32,000 bases of DNA from Zygophlyctis sp. KS116 (taxonomy: Eukaryota > Fungi > Chytridiomycota), in assembly GCA_054661495.1 (NCBI GenBank), contig BAAFSQ010000011.1, positions 1-32,000 on the forward strand, read 5' to 3'. The translations under genes were made by a program, and so were the position numbers. Shown here one piece after another: positions 11,464-22,103 of this stretch (the first letter of the stretch is position 1; every line of letters begins with the position of its first letter). The notes under the pieces are model-generated. The model did not search any database. It was not told the DNA's origin and worked only from the letters and a program-made list of their open reading frames with translations.

Positions 11464-14148
11464 ATGATCAACTTTATGCCGATGGAATGGATTTCAGTAA
11501 TTTCGGACTTCAGCTCAGAAATGTCGGTTCATTATATCGCTAAATTGGATAATATATGCTCTATCACTTTAGATGAATTTGGGATAATAAGATACAAGTC
11601 AAGCGCTTCTGTATTTAAATTATTTGATACATGGACGACTAATAGCATCAATAGTGAACTAATTAAATTTGAAAAGGAAATCAAGGAATTTCAAATGCAA
11701 AAGAATACTACAATAGAATTGTATGGTGGCTCATTAATAGTTGATTCTAAAGTTATATTTATTGAAAGAGGTATCAGGTTGATAAAGGCAACTAAAAAAG
11801 TCATTGCTGCAATTTGCGGTAATAATTTAAATTTATATACTGCATCGGTTGGATTAATAGCAGAACTGGTTGGGCATATGGGACTTATTAGGGACTATTG
11901 TTTCTTTCAGGATAAATTGTTTTCAGTCTGTGAAGATAGAACTCTGAAAATGTGGAATTTAGAAAGTTATTGCTGTGAATATACATCCTGCATTCTTTCA
12001 AAGGCTGCATTATCTAATGTTGATGCTGATTATGATGGCTTAAGAGTGGTTGTAGCAGATGAAGATAATATTGTGATTTTCTTTGAATTAATTGATGGGA
12101 AATGGATAAAAGAGTTAAAAAAGGTAGATGTTAACAAATTTTTTCTGGAAGAAAATCCAGATGTAAACTCATTTTAATTTTAAACGATTAGAAAGATGAT
12201 GCATTCGATAGTCAAAATGAAAAAGTAGTTAATTGGGTCGTGTCATTAAAATTTCTAAAAAATTGTACGGAAAAGTGCTTGTTTATTGGTTGTTATACTG
12301 GAATATTGATCATGGAGGTCAACAACTACTCGTTAGTTTTTCTTTTGGATTTTTCTCTTGGAACGTTTAAATCTCCTTTTTCAGATTTTGCAAATGAGGA
12401 AAATGATGAAGAAAAGCTGGAATTTAACTTTTCTGATGCGTACTCTGTTTATTCAGTGACAGGGGTGAAAAATAGCTTTATGGTCAGTTTACACAACAAA
12501 ATGTCTAGAGAAGGGGCTATTATCGGACTTCGTCTTCCATACGTGGAGTATAAAGATTCATCCACTGTAGAAATCTGTCAAAACACTACTCTTAGTTCTG
12601 TTGTTTCAAATTCAATAAGGACGCATGTAAAAGGGAAATGGGGAGACCATATTTATGCCCAATGCCTTGGATTGCTATCAAAATTAGAAATAAGAGAGCT
12701 CAGGGATTTAGAAAATCTGATCGAATGCCCGGGTGGAATTCCTTCTTATGTGCAAAAAGACTTGTATGAAGCAGCTCTTCAGATGAAAACCCCTACAGTT
12801 AAAGCTCGTAGCCTTCGATGTCCTTTAGAAGATTATGACATTCTGCTAAAAAAATTTCAGTCGATTGATTCTGTCAGAAAGAAAACCCCAAAAAAAACTG
12901 CGATGAACCAGCCTGTTACATTCAAGAATTCTGTGAAATCTTCTGGTTATACTGTAGGTCCAAAGTGCACAAAGCTCTTCACTTCCCCAGTTAATGGAAA
13001 ATCAAACATGAAAAAAGGAACAGATTTCTCAAGTATAACTGAGGTTAAGTCTTATCCAGTGAACTGTGGCATACCGATTTATGAAAAGAAGACCCAATGG
13101 GATCGGTACCATTCATCAGGAATTTTAAGCTTGTCATATCATCAATCAGGGAAATTGCTAGCGACAGCATCCGCAGATCAATCCGCTCGATATTACAAGC
13201 TAAATAATTCAAATTCTAAGTCTTTAAATGAACATACTGGAGCAGTTACATCTGTGTCTTGGTCAAGCTCCGGTCACGCATATTATGGACCGCTTATATT
13301 GACTGCATCAGTTGATCACCATGCTCGGCTTTGGTCCATTGAAAAGTCCGAGTCTCTGCTGGATTTTAATAATATTCAACACTCACCCAGGCCTGGGACT
13401 CAACTTCAAAGTAAACTCAAAGGATTTGATTCAGAAGTAAAAGCAGCATCCTTCTACTATCAAGACAAGTTTGTTACGCTCGCCTCAGGGAAAACAATCT
13501 TTCTTTACTCTTATGAATTGATGAAACCTGATTTTAGCTCTATCAAACCGGGATTCAATCCTAATCGTTACAAACTTCTTTCCACTTTTGCTGAACCGCA
13601 AGCTCATTCTTTAACTTCCTTTGCATGTGTAAACAATTATAAATCACACATTTTTATTCAAAGCACATCTGAAAAATCGTTACATTTGTGGGATGTTGTC
13701 ACAAACCAAATCTTTAGCACATTTACTGATGCTCACTCTCGCTGGATCCATACCATTAAATTGGCTGATTGTAAATTTGTTCCAAGTACATTTGAAAATC
13801 TATTTTTAACTGCTGCTGTGACTGACGGAATCAAATCTTGGGATATTCGCAACAAAAAACCCATTATGCACTTGACCGGACACGTTAACCGAGCGTCTTC
13901 AATTCAGTGCGCATTTTCACCATGCGGAAGATATATCGGGACAGGGTCAGAGGTATAATAGAATTCCCTATAACTATAAGGATAGGCATGTATATTTTTA
14001 TGACATTCGTAAAGGGCAGGTCATTGGAAAGTCAAATTTTGTCCATTCGGGCACTGTGCTCTCACTTGCATTTTCCCCAACCACTTCAGAAATAGCTACA
14101 GGTACAAGCGAAGGAATTCTATCATTTTTTACTGATTCGCAGATTTAA
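11464..14148 (+). CDS. WDR27: WD40-repeat protein 27-like
   Basis: WD repeats; C-terminal LFLTAAVTDGIKSWDIR..GHVNR..AFSPCGRYIGTGSED resembles WDR27. Introns 12163-12191 and 13953-13980. Start could be 11521. Confidence 0.8.
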
Positions 14149-14252
14149 AACGCCTCCTATGCAAGCCCAAAGGCGTAAAGAAAATAGATACAAGATCCAT
14201 TTATTACTTGATTTTTCCGATTCTTCGAGATTTTGATTGTTCTCATCGTATC

Positions 14253-14981
14253 AAAACAACTCCTCTTTGTCTGATCTATGGTATTATCAAAAAATATTGA
14301 TTTTTAATAATCTGAGTCTGAGTTGGTAAACTATAAATACGGGGTTATCGGACAAACTACAGATCCAAAAATAATTAAAAATGAAAGTCTCATCTCAACT
14401 GTTGTCTATTGCTCTGTTGTCTGCATTGGTATCTGCCAATGAGAGAGGACGCCAAAATGATTGGCACAAGGTTAATAAACCAGAAAAGTTTAAGCCTGAT
14501 GCACCTCGTAATGAAGGAAAAGTTTTAAGAGTTGATGCTCCTGAATCTGATGAATCTACTCCATCTGAAGAGGTAATCTAGATCTATTTTATAATGACTA
14601 GTCAACTACAAAGACATCCAGAACTAAAAAGGAGAAGCCAACTCCAGTTTCGGACATTGCTTCTTTCACTACTGCTGAAGAAGGAGCCGAAGCCACCTCA
14701 TCCTTGGATCTAGCTAATGAGTATCCAGAAAAGGACAGTGAGCAAAACAGTTCAACAAATGTCTCTGTCGGATCCTTGATCTCTGCCCTCTTGGCCGTAT
14801 TGTTTTTCTAGAATCTATTCTGAAATATATTAACGGTGTATATTATCAAATCGACTATTTTATTGAGATGAGTGCTGATCGTACGGATCCTATTTTAAAC
14901 CAAGATTCAGAAAGATTCAGTTTGCGGCAACTAGAGGGCTGTGGCAGCAATTTTATCTTTTTTAAATGGAAGCTTTAGCAA
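14253..14981 (+). repeat. Right arm of ~730-bp inverted duplication (pairs with 8523-9251)
   Basis: Contains the promoter, the whole copy B gene, its 3' flank, the NAP1 upstream region and the first five NAP1 codons. Confidence 0.97.
14381..14811 (+). CDS. Small secreted, predicted GPI-anchored protein, copy B (133 aa)
   Basis: Same structure as copy A; intron 14573-14601; tail NSSTNVSVGSLISALLAVLFF*. Confidence 0.85.
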
Positions 14982-14992
14982 CGATTGAATGA
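14966..14992 (+). pseudogene. Stub of the NAP1 5' end (MEALA then unrelated TIE*)
   Basis: ATGGAAGCTTTAGCAA is identical to the NAP1 start (8538-8523, minus strand) and is preceded by the NAP1 upstream sequence. Confidence 0.85.
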
Positions 14993-15119
14993 TAATTTAG
15001 TTGATCGTACGGATCCTATTTAGCGGCGTTGTATTTTTGATCATCAATTTGGTGATTTGAGTCTCTAACAGCAAAATCAAGAGTTATCAAGGGTTGTCGG
15101 ACAAGTTCAAAAATCGTAA

Positions 15120-15499
15120 ATGAAAGTCTCATCTCAAGTTTTGTCTATTGCTCTATTATTTGCATTGGTATCTGCCAATGACACTGGACGCCAAAATGAT
15201 TGGCACAAGGTTACTAAACCAGAAAAGTTTAAGCCTGACGCACCTCGCAATGAAGGAAAAGTTTTAAGAGTTGATGATCCAAAATCTGATTCTAAATCTG
15301 TAATTTCAAATTTTAAATTATTTAGAATAGTGATGATGCAGCTACTGATTCAACAGCATCCAGTCCTACAGTGATAAATGCCAGTAGCCCTAGTCCAGAT
15401 GTGTTGCCAGAGTCTGACGATTCAAAGCAAAACTCTGGGACTAAAATGAATGATTTAACATTAATCATGTTTGGAATCGTACAGATTTTGATTTTATGA
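15120..15499 (+). CDS. Small secreted, predicted GPI-anchored protein, copy C (divergent exon 2)
   Basis: Exon 1 nearly identical to A/B; intron 15300-15325; exon 2 NSDDAATDSTASSPTVINASSPSPDVLPESDDSKQNSGTKMNDLTLIMFGIVQILIL*. Confidence 0.82.
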
Positions 15500-15591
15500 T
15501 AATAAATTGTATTCAAGAGAGTTTGAGTTTTGGGTGAGAGTTGAGCGTTTTCGTCAGTTTTTCGCGTCCAAGAAATTAAACAATTGCAGCG

Positions 15592-16306
15592 ATGCCACTT
15601 AAACCAGGAGAAGTAAATTTGGGAGTAAATGACTATTTTTAACCGACAATAGACTACTATTATGGCATGTGTATTTGACAAGGGTGTCATTGTTGGTGCA
15701 GATTCAAGAACTACGACTGGATCCTATATTGCTAATAGAGTTACGGATAAATTAACTCCAGTCTCTGATAGAATTTTCTGTTGCAGAAGTGGATCTGCTG
15801 CTGATACTCAAGCCGTTGCAGACATTGTCCATTACTATTTGCAATTGTATTCGTAATTTCCCCTTGTTTTAATTCTAGAGTGCAAGAGTCAAAACGTCCG
15901 TCAGTACAGACCGCTGCTTCTCTTTTTCAGGAATTATGTTACTCAAACAAGGATAGACTCATGGCTGGAATTATTGTTGCTGGAGTAGATGACGATGGAA
16001 CTCCTTCTGTATATTCCATACCTCTTGGCGGTAGTCTTCATAAAAAACCATTTACTATTGGTGGATCTGGATCTACTTATATCTATGGATATTGTGATGC
16101 TGCTTATAAAGAAGGAATGAATCAAGAAGAAGCCATTGATTTTGTTAAGAATGGTATATTTTCTTATTTTACACGTAGCTGTATCTCTTGCAATGTCTAG
16201 AGATGGATCCTCTGGTGGAGTTATTAGATTAGCTGTGATTACTAAAGAAGGAGTCGAAAGAATATTTGTTCCTGGAAATAAGTTGCCAACGTTTTGGGAA
16301 GGATAA
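15592..16306 (+). CDS. PRE3: 20S proteasome beta-1 subunit (PSMB6)
   Basis: [65 protein letters not shown]. Introns 15625-15652, 15853-15878, 16154-16178. Confidence 0.97.
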
Positions 16307-16333
16307 ATACAAGAAATTTTAAAATTTGAGATT

Positions 16334-17043
16334 ATGTTGTTGGGAATAAGAAGTTTTGTCACTGCACTTGCTAAACAAAAGACTGGAGTATTATCAGGAA
16401 AACCAGTTGAATCTAATATTCTAGACACTTGGGTTCCTCCTTCTAGTATGTCTAGATTTTTTAGTTTTGACTTTATTAAACGATCAATTGCAAATCGTTA
16501 CCGGTAAGTCTAATCAGACTTAAGACAGACTATATAAAATTAAGACTGTGGATTCTAGCTTTGATCGTAGTAAATTTCTTGAAAATGCTAAACGATTGTA
16601 TTTGGGAATGAATACAAGTTTCTCAGAGTAATTGTATTTTTTAATGATTAGAGGAAACAAGATTGAATTAAAAAGAAGTGTTTCAGACTCTTTATTTGCA
16701 GTAAGAAATACATTTTTTAAATATTTAGAAAATGAATAGTGAAATGAAATCTGCAAATCAAGTTGGAAAACTTGTTTGGAAATCATTTGGAATTGATTCT
16801 ATTAGAATTCTTAACGTATCTCTTGCCAAAGCCATGGTAGATCAAAAAACAACTCATCAGATTGCTCAATTAACATGTCAGATTAAATCTAAAGAAGCAG
16901 TAGGAGTGTTTAAAGGGGATAAATGTATTGCTGGAGATATATCTACTCCTGTGATGAATTCAGAATTGATTATAATAGAAAAGTGGCTGACAATAGAACA
17001 TTCTGATTGGAAAATAGCAGGTAAATTAAAGAGCTCTTCCTAG
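16334..17043 (+). CDS. Mitochondrial Tim44-like domain protein (Mba1/mL45-like)
   Basis: Basic presequence-like N-terminus MLLGIRSFVTALAKQK. Spliced (16504-16528, 16628-16651, 16701-16728) FDRSKFLENAKRLYLGMNTSFSEGNKIELKRSVSDSLF..AQLTCQIKSKE..WKIAGK fits the Tim44-domain pattern. Confidence 0.7.
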
Positions 17044-17310
17044 ACATGTTTTACAAACATGATGTAATAGTTTTGGCTCTTTACAGATTGGACAAGTAAC
17101 AATATTTTTCATTGGTTTCATCCATTTAGTAGCCATTCGTGCTCTCTAAAATCAAAAAAAAATTAAATATACCCTTTTTGCATGAGTTGTTCTTTTTTTT
17201 GGAACTGCAAATAAGATTGCAGGCATTGTAAATTTAGGAATGATGCTGATTGCAGCTTCTCTGATGGTATTCCAGATTGGAAAGAGTGGGTATAGTCCAA
17301 TTGCAGCCAT
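17026..17310 (-). CDS. MRPL32: Mitochondrial ribosomal protein bL32m; not in ORF track
   Basis: Spliced (intron 17146-17172) ..ILFAVPKKRTTHAKRRARMATKWMKPMKNIVTCPICKEPKLLHHVCKTCLGRAL*: AVPK motif plus two CxxC pairs. Confidence 0.93.
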
Positions 17311-17329
17311 TTAATTTTGCTTGTAAAAC

Positions 17330-17412
17330 ACAGCCCTGAAACACAGACACCCTTACAAAGAGACACCCTTACAAAGAGACACCCTGAAACATTGAAACCC
17401 AAACCTGAAACT
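17330..17412. repeat. Tandem repeats in the divergent MRPL32/FKBP promoter
   Basis: AGACACCCTTACAAAG x2 + AGACACCCT, flanked by several (CCC)TGAAAC copies. Confidence 0.8.
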
Positions 17413-17464
17413 AGACAAGTTTTCGTTTGAGAGAATTTGTCTGAAAATTTGATCTAGAAAAAAA

Positions 17465-18879
17465 ATGAATCCAGCAGGATTTTGGGGGTAAGTAGTTGCA
17501 TCTCTAATCTTAGATTATCTTTGGAAAGTGAAAAAGCTTACTCGCAACAAATTGATGAATCGTTTTGCATTACAATGGTAGGTTGCATTACTGATTAATG
17601 TTTAGGCTGCATTAGGAGCTGCATCAGAACTTAAAGGCAATGCTAGGGTTTCAGTGATTGTGACTTATGCAGATAAAAAGTTTACAGTCTGTTCTTTAAC
17701 TCCAGGAAAAATTGAACAACAGCCACTCAACCTTTGCTTTTTAGAAGGAGAAGAAGTTAGTTTTAGTATCTCTGGAGGAAATGGAAAGGCTTGCATTGAT
17801 TTAACTGGAAATTACATTATGCCAATGGATGATGGAATGGACTCTGAAGAACAAGGTTTTGATGGTATGATGATGGATGCTGATGGTAATATCATTGATG
17901 ATGAAATTGACTCTGATTTGGAAGGTAGTCAAGAAGAAGAAGCTGATTGGGAAGATGAAGCTGATCAAGTTGATGAAAATGTATTGGCTGCATTATCAAA
18001 AAAGATGGGAATGCCAATGAATGCAAAATCTGGAAAAATTACTGAAATTGAATCTGAGAAAGAAGAGAATGAAGATGATGAAGAAAGTGATGAAGATGAT
18101 GAATCTCTTACTGAAGAAGAAATGAAGGAACTTACTGATAAAATGATGGAAGAAGTTGCCAAGGAACAGGGAATCACTGTTGAAGAACTTAAAAGTCAAT
18201 TATCAGAATTAAATGAAGATGATGAGGAAGATTCAGATGATATGGAGGAAGACATTGAAGAAGAGATAGAAGAAGAAACTCCAGCTCCTAAATCCAAAAA
18301 AGCAGCAGCTAAACCAGAACCTACAAAGAAAGAGCCTGTCAAGAAGGACGCCAAAAAGGATACTAAGGCTGAAGCTAAAAAGGATACTAAGGCTGAAGTT
18401 AAAAAGGATACTAAGGCTGAAGTAAAGAAAGATACTAAAGCTGATGTCAAGAAAGATGTTAAAGCAGAAGCTCCTATAAAAGAAGAAGCTGTCAAAACTG
18501 ACTCTGCAGCCAAGAAAACCCTTCCATCCGGTCTTGTAATTGAAGACATCAAGGTTGGAAACGGTCCTCGTGCAAAGAATGGAAAAAAGGTATCTTAAAT
18601 TAGTATTGACTTTAGGTGTCTGTTCGATACATTGGAAAATTAACCAATGGAAAAGTCTTTGACAGCAACACCAAGGGATCTCCATTTGTTTTCCGTGTTG
18701 GTGGTGGTGAAGTCATCAAGGGATGGGATGTTGGTGTCTCTGGTATGAATGTTGGAGGTACTCGTAAACTTACAATCCCTCCTGCTCTAGCATATGGAGC
18801 CAAAGGTGCCCCTCCCGACATTCCAAAGAATGCAGTTTTGGAATTTGAGGTTAAACTATTGGAAGTCAAAAACAATTAA
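17465..18879 (+). CDS. FPR4: Nucleoplasmin-like FKBP peptidyl-prolyl isomerase (Fpr3/Fpr4/Fkbp39 type)
   Basis: N-terminal [31 protein letters not shown], acidic/basic linker, C-terminal FKBP ([28 protein letters not shown]). Introns 17488-17513, 17578-17605, 18590-18615. Confidence 0.92.
18353..18472 (+). repeat. Coding 24-nt minisatellite, 5 x KKD(T/V)KA(E/D)(A/V)
   Basis: aaaaaggatactaaggctgaag(c/t)t repeated in the FKBP linker. Confidence 0.9.
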
Positions 18880-18933
18880 TTTTGCAGCAGTTTCTCAATA
18901 AAATTAATTTTTTGTCGTGATAAAGTCTTTTAA

Positions 18934-19552
18934 ATGGTAATGTTGCGTCCGTCTGATTATAGTCGAATACTCTAAGACCATACCTTAATGCTGTAAGAGC
19001 AACACTGACTGCTGCGATATGTTTGGAAAACTTTGCGTCGCAAGTTGTCGAAAGGCACAACAAACCAGAAGTAGAGGCAGGGTAAATTTCAAATATTTAA
19101 TTAAAGGACTTCTCCTGAAGTGTGTCTTGTCCCTGTAGTTATCTCTAGAAACGAATCTGAAAAGGTCTTGATTGAAGGCTCGATTAATTCTTTGCGTTTA
19201 TCAATCAAAATTAAACAGGCTGATGATATTGAGCGTATACTGTGTCACAAATTTACTAGATTTATGATGATGCGTGCTGAAAACTTTGTTATTCTCAGAA
19301 GGAAACCAATTCCTGTAAGTGGAAATTCATTTTATTTTTAGGGATATGATATTAGCTTCTTGATTACTAATACCCATACAGAAATCATGTACAAACATAA
19401 ATTAGTAGACTTTATTATTCAATTCATGGAGGAAGTGGATAAAGAAATTTCAGAAATGAAATTGTCGGTAAATGCACGCGCTAGAATTGTTGCAGAATCT
19501 TACTTGTTACAGGTAATTTTAGAAATTTATTTCTTAAACATAGTGGGCATAG
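18934..19552 (+). CDS. ARPC4: Arp2/3 complex subunit 4 (Arc19)
   Basis: [76 protein letters not shown]. Introns 18937-18962, 19082-19106, 19315-19341, 19513-19543. Confidence 0.97.
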
Positions 19553-19557
19553 TTTTT

Positions 19558-20878
19558 TTAGCTGACGAGAATCTTGAAAAAATATTGTGTCTAAATTTTA
19601 AGTTTTTTAAGAGTTTACCTCCAAAATTCCATCTTCTGGTAAATCAGTGACATGAAGTGCATTCTTAACCTTGTCAATCCCAAAACGAGCTCTAAGAGAA
19701 TTGGGTCTAATTTGTTTTCCTAATTCAGGATCAGATGGACCTGCAAAGTCTCTAAATTCAGAGGAAATATTTTCATTTCCTGAAATTTCCCTATTCTTTT
19801 TAATTTTTGGATTAGTACATTGCAATTAAAGGTCCACTAGTTAATTCATCCAAAATAAGCTAATTTTAAAGAAAAAAAATTACATGATATTCTGGTAAAA
19901 TTCCTTTATAAACTTCTATAAATTCTTCAGCGTTTGCTCTATCTAATTGGAAAAGTTCTAAATCAGATATTGTAAATTTAGATTTTAGAATAGCATCAAT
20001 AATCTTTCCAGCAGCTCCTAAATCTTTATAAAAAAGAAATATTACCAGATAATAATGCATGAGGTCTAATTAGAGCCAATGTAGAATTTTTGAATGCAGC
20101 AGTCCTTGGAATTTTCTTTTCATCAAAAATTAATGAAATAATCTTGAAATCAAATTATAAATTCTACCTCTGTTGCTGATTGATGAGATTTTGCTACATA
20201 AACTCCATTCTTGTATCCTACCAATCCATATTTTGCATGTAATGTACCCGGTGATGTCTTTCTAGCCTCTTCTACAGAATCAGGCCCAGCAATTTCTTTC
20301 AACTTGTCTATTGCTCCAGGTTTTATAACTTCAAATGCTGTACATAAACCTCCAAAAGATTCAATTTCCAGACTAATATTAAAAAAGTTTTTAATATACC
20401 TGGAACAACCATCAATAGATCCAATTGAATCTGCAATAGATTTAGTAATAAACAACATTCTAGCTCTACACAATGAGAATCCATTAAAAGTTAAATTATC
20501 CAATATGTCTCCTGTACTATGATAGGCATCAGATTTAACAATAACAATAGATCTAACTTTTAAACATTAAAACTACCTTTCCAATTGTTTTTCCAACTGA
20601 GCGCGAGTATACTCATCCCCAAAACCACGAATAGTTAACTGTCTTGCGAGTACATTTAGTACTGCTCCAACAAAGAAATCCTGCAATTGAAAATTAGACC
20701 TTGTTCTCTTTAGAAAAGTTCGACGCTGTTTAACATCATACTAAGATTAATTATTCCTGATTACCATTTCAACCGTCTTGTCTGATGGATAGTATAATAA
20801 TTCATAGTTTCTAGTCAACTGAGCATGAATATCAAACCATTCAGCTAGAAAGCAATACCGAGTCTTTGAGTCATCCAT
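19558..20878 (-). CDS. NME7: Nucleoside diphosphate kinase 7 (DM10 + two NDK domains), ciliary
   Basis: [67 protein letters not shown]; multi-exon. Confidence 0.93.
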
Positions 20879-20963
20879 TTTTTTAAATTTCCGATAGCAG
20901 ACAGACTCTCTTCAGACCAGTAATCATCGGAACTCGGTGCGTTTAACCGCGAAATCCTTAAAA

Positions 20964-21228
20964 ATGGTCAAATACTTTGACTCTTCAGTCTATCAGTACT
21001 TGAAATCAGCAATCTATCACCGCCCAGTCCTATTTTTCTCTTATGCCATTGGGATATCTGGTAATTTAATTTCTCTTAATCTAGGCCCAATATACTTTTT
21101 CACTGACTGGTCAATCAATGGTCCTAAAAAGACTCCAGCTCCTAGAACTCACTATCCATGTAACTTTACCATGATTAACATTAGACTCTATAGAACCGAG
21201 AGTTGATTCACCTGGTTATGAAGATTAA
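20964..21228 (+). CDS. Complex I accessory subunit, fungal NI9M (9.5 kDa)/NDUFA3-like
   Basis: YL....HRPVLFFSYAIGISGP..PRTHYP/YSIEPRVDSPGYED* after removing introns 21061-21084 and 21159-21184; matches the recalled family pattern. Confidence 0.75.
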
Positions 21229-21417
21229 TAAATTATGCTTTTTGAGTTTTTGAGTATTCAGTATAATGGAATAATGAGAGATTGTAAAGGGAATTTATTA
21301 AAATAACTCTTGGCTTATAAATTTTATAATTTCTATATCTAAAAGTAGGGGACTAGAAGGGAAAAAGTGGGGAAATGGATGAACAGAATCAGTAAAAAAA
21401 CTCTAACCTCAGCCCTA

Positions 21418-21932
21418 ATGAACTCTTCAACTCCCAAAAAGTCTATTGTTCTAGATACAACTACTGGAGCTATTGGGATAGAATTGTATTGGGATCATTG
21501 TCCTAAAACATGTCAAAACTTTTACGATTTAGTAATTACTCTTAAATTTATGATTAGGCCAAGAGGGGTTATTATAATGGAACTATATTTCATAGAGTCA
21601 TTGCTGATTTCATGATTCAAGGAGGAGATCCGACTGGATCTGGGAGAGGAGGAACATCAATTTATGGAGATACTTTTGATGATGAAATTCATCCTGATTT
21701 GAAACATACTGGAGCTGGAATATTATCAATGGCAAACAGTGGGCCAAATACTAACGGATCTCAATTTTTTATTACTCTTGCACCAACTCCTTGGTTAGAT
21801 GGGAAACATACGATATTCGGAAGGGTCTATTCAGGAATGGCTATTGTAAAAAGAATAGGTACAGTACAGACAGATCCTTCTGATAAACCCAAATCAGATA
21901 TAACTGTAATGAAGGCTTCAATAAATCCTTAA
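21418..21932 (+). CDS. PPIL1: Spliceosomal cyclophilin PPIL1/Cyp1
   Basis: [85 protein letters not shown]; intron 21532-21557. Confidence 0.93.
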
Positions 21933-22103
21933 AGAGAGTAGAAAGTTTAAGCGCTAATTTTTCATGAGGACTCGGACTCCTCAGGGAACAATATTCAAAT
22001 TTGTCTCCAGGATTAATCTTGTAGACAATATACTTTTAGATTTTATCGCCTTGCCGTTTACCGCTTTAGTGTCGCAGATTTCTACGGCATCTTTTTACTT
22101 GAA

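Noticed and set aside
8523-14981. Interpretation as a DNA transposon with long terminal inverted repeats
   Set aside because: The arms are ordinary gene sequence, no transposase lies inside, and no target-site duplication is evident at the outer ends.
17163-17402. 79-aa minus-strand ORF from the track
   Set aside because: Wrong frame; the real gene here is spliced MRPL32 starting at 17310.
17965-18875. Several minus-strand ORFs over the FKBP gene
   Set aside because: Antisense shadows of GAA/GAT/AAG-rich coding sequence.
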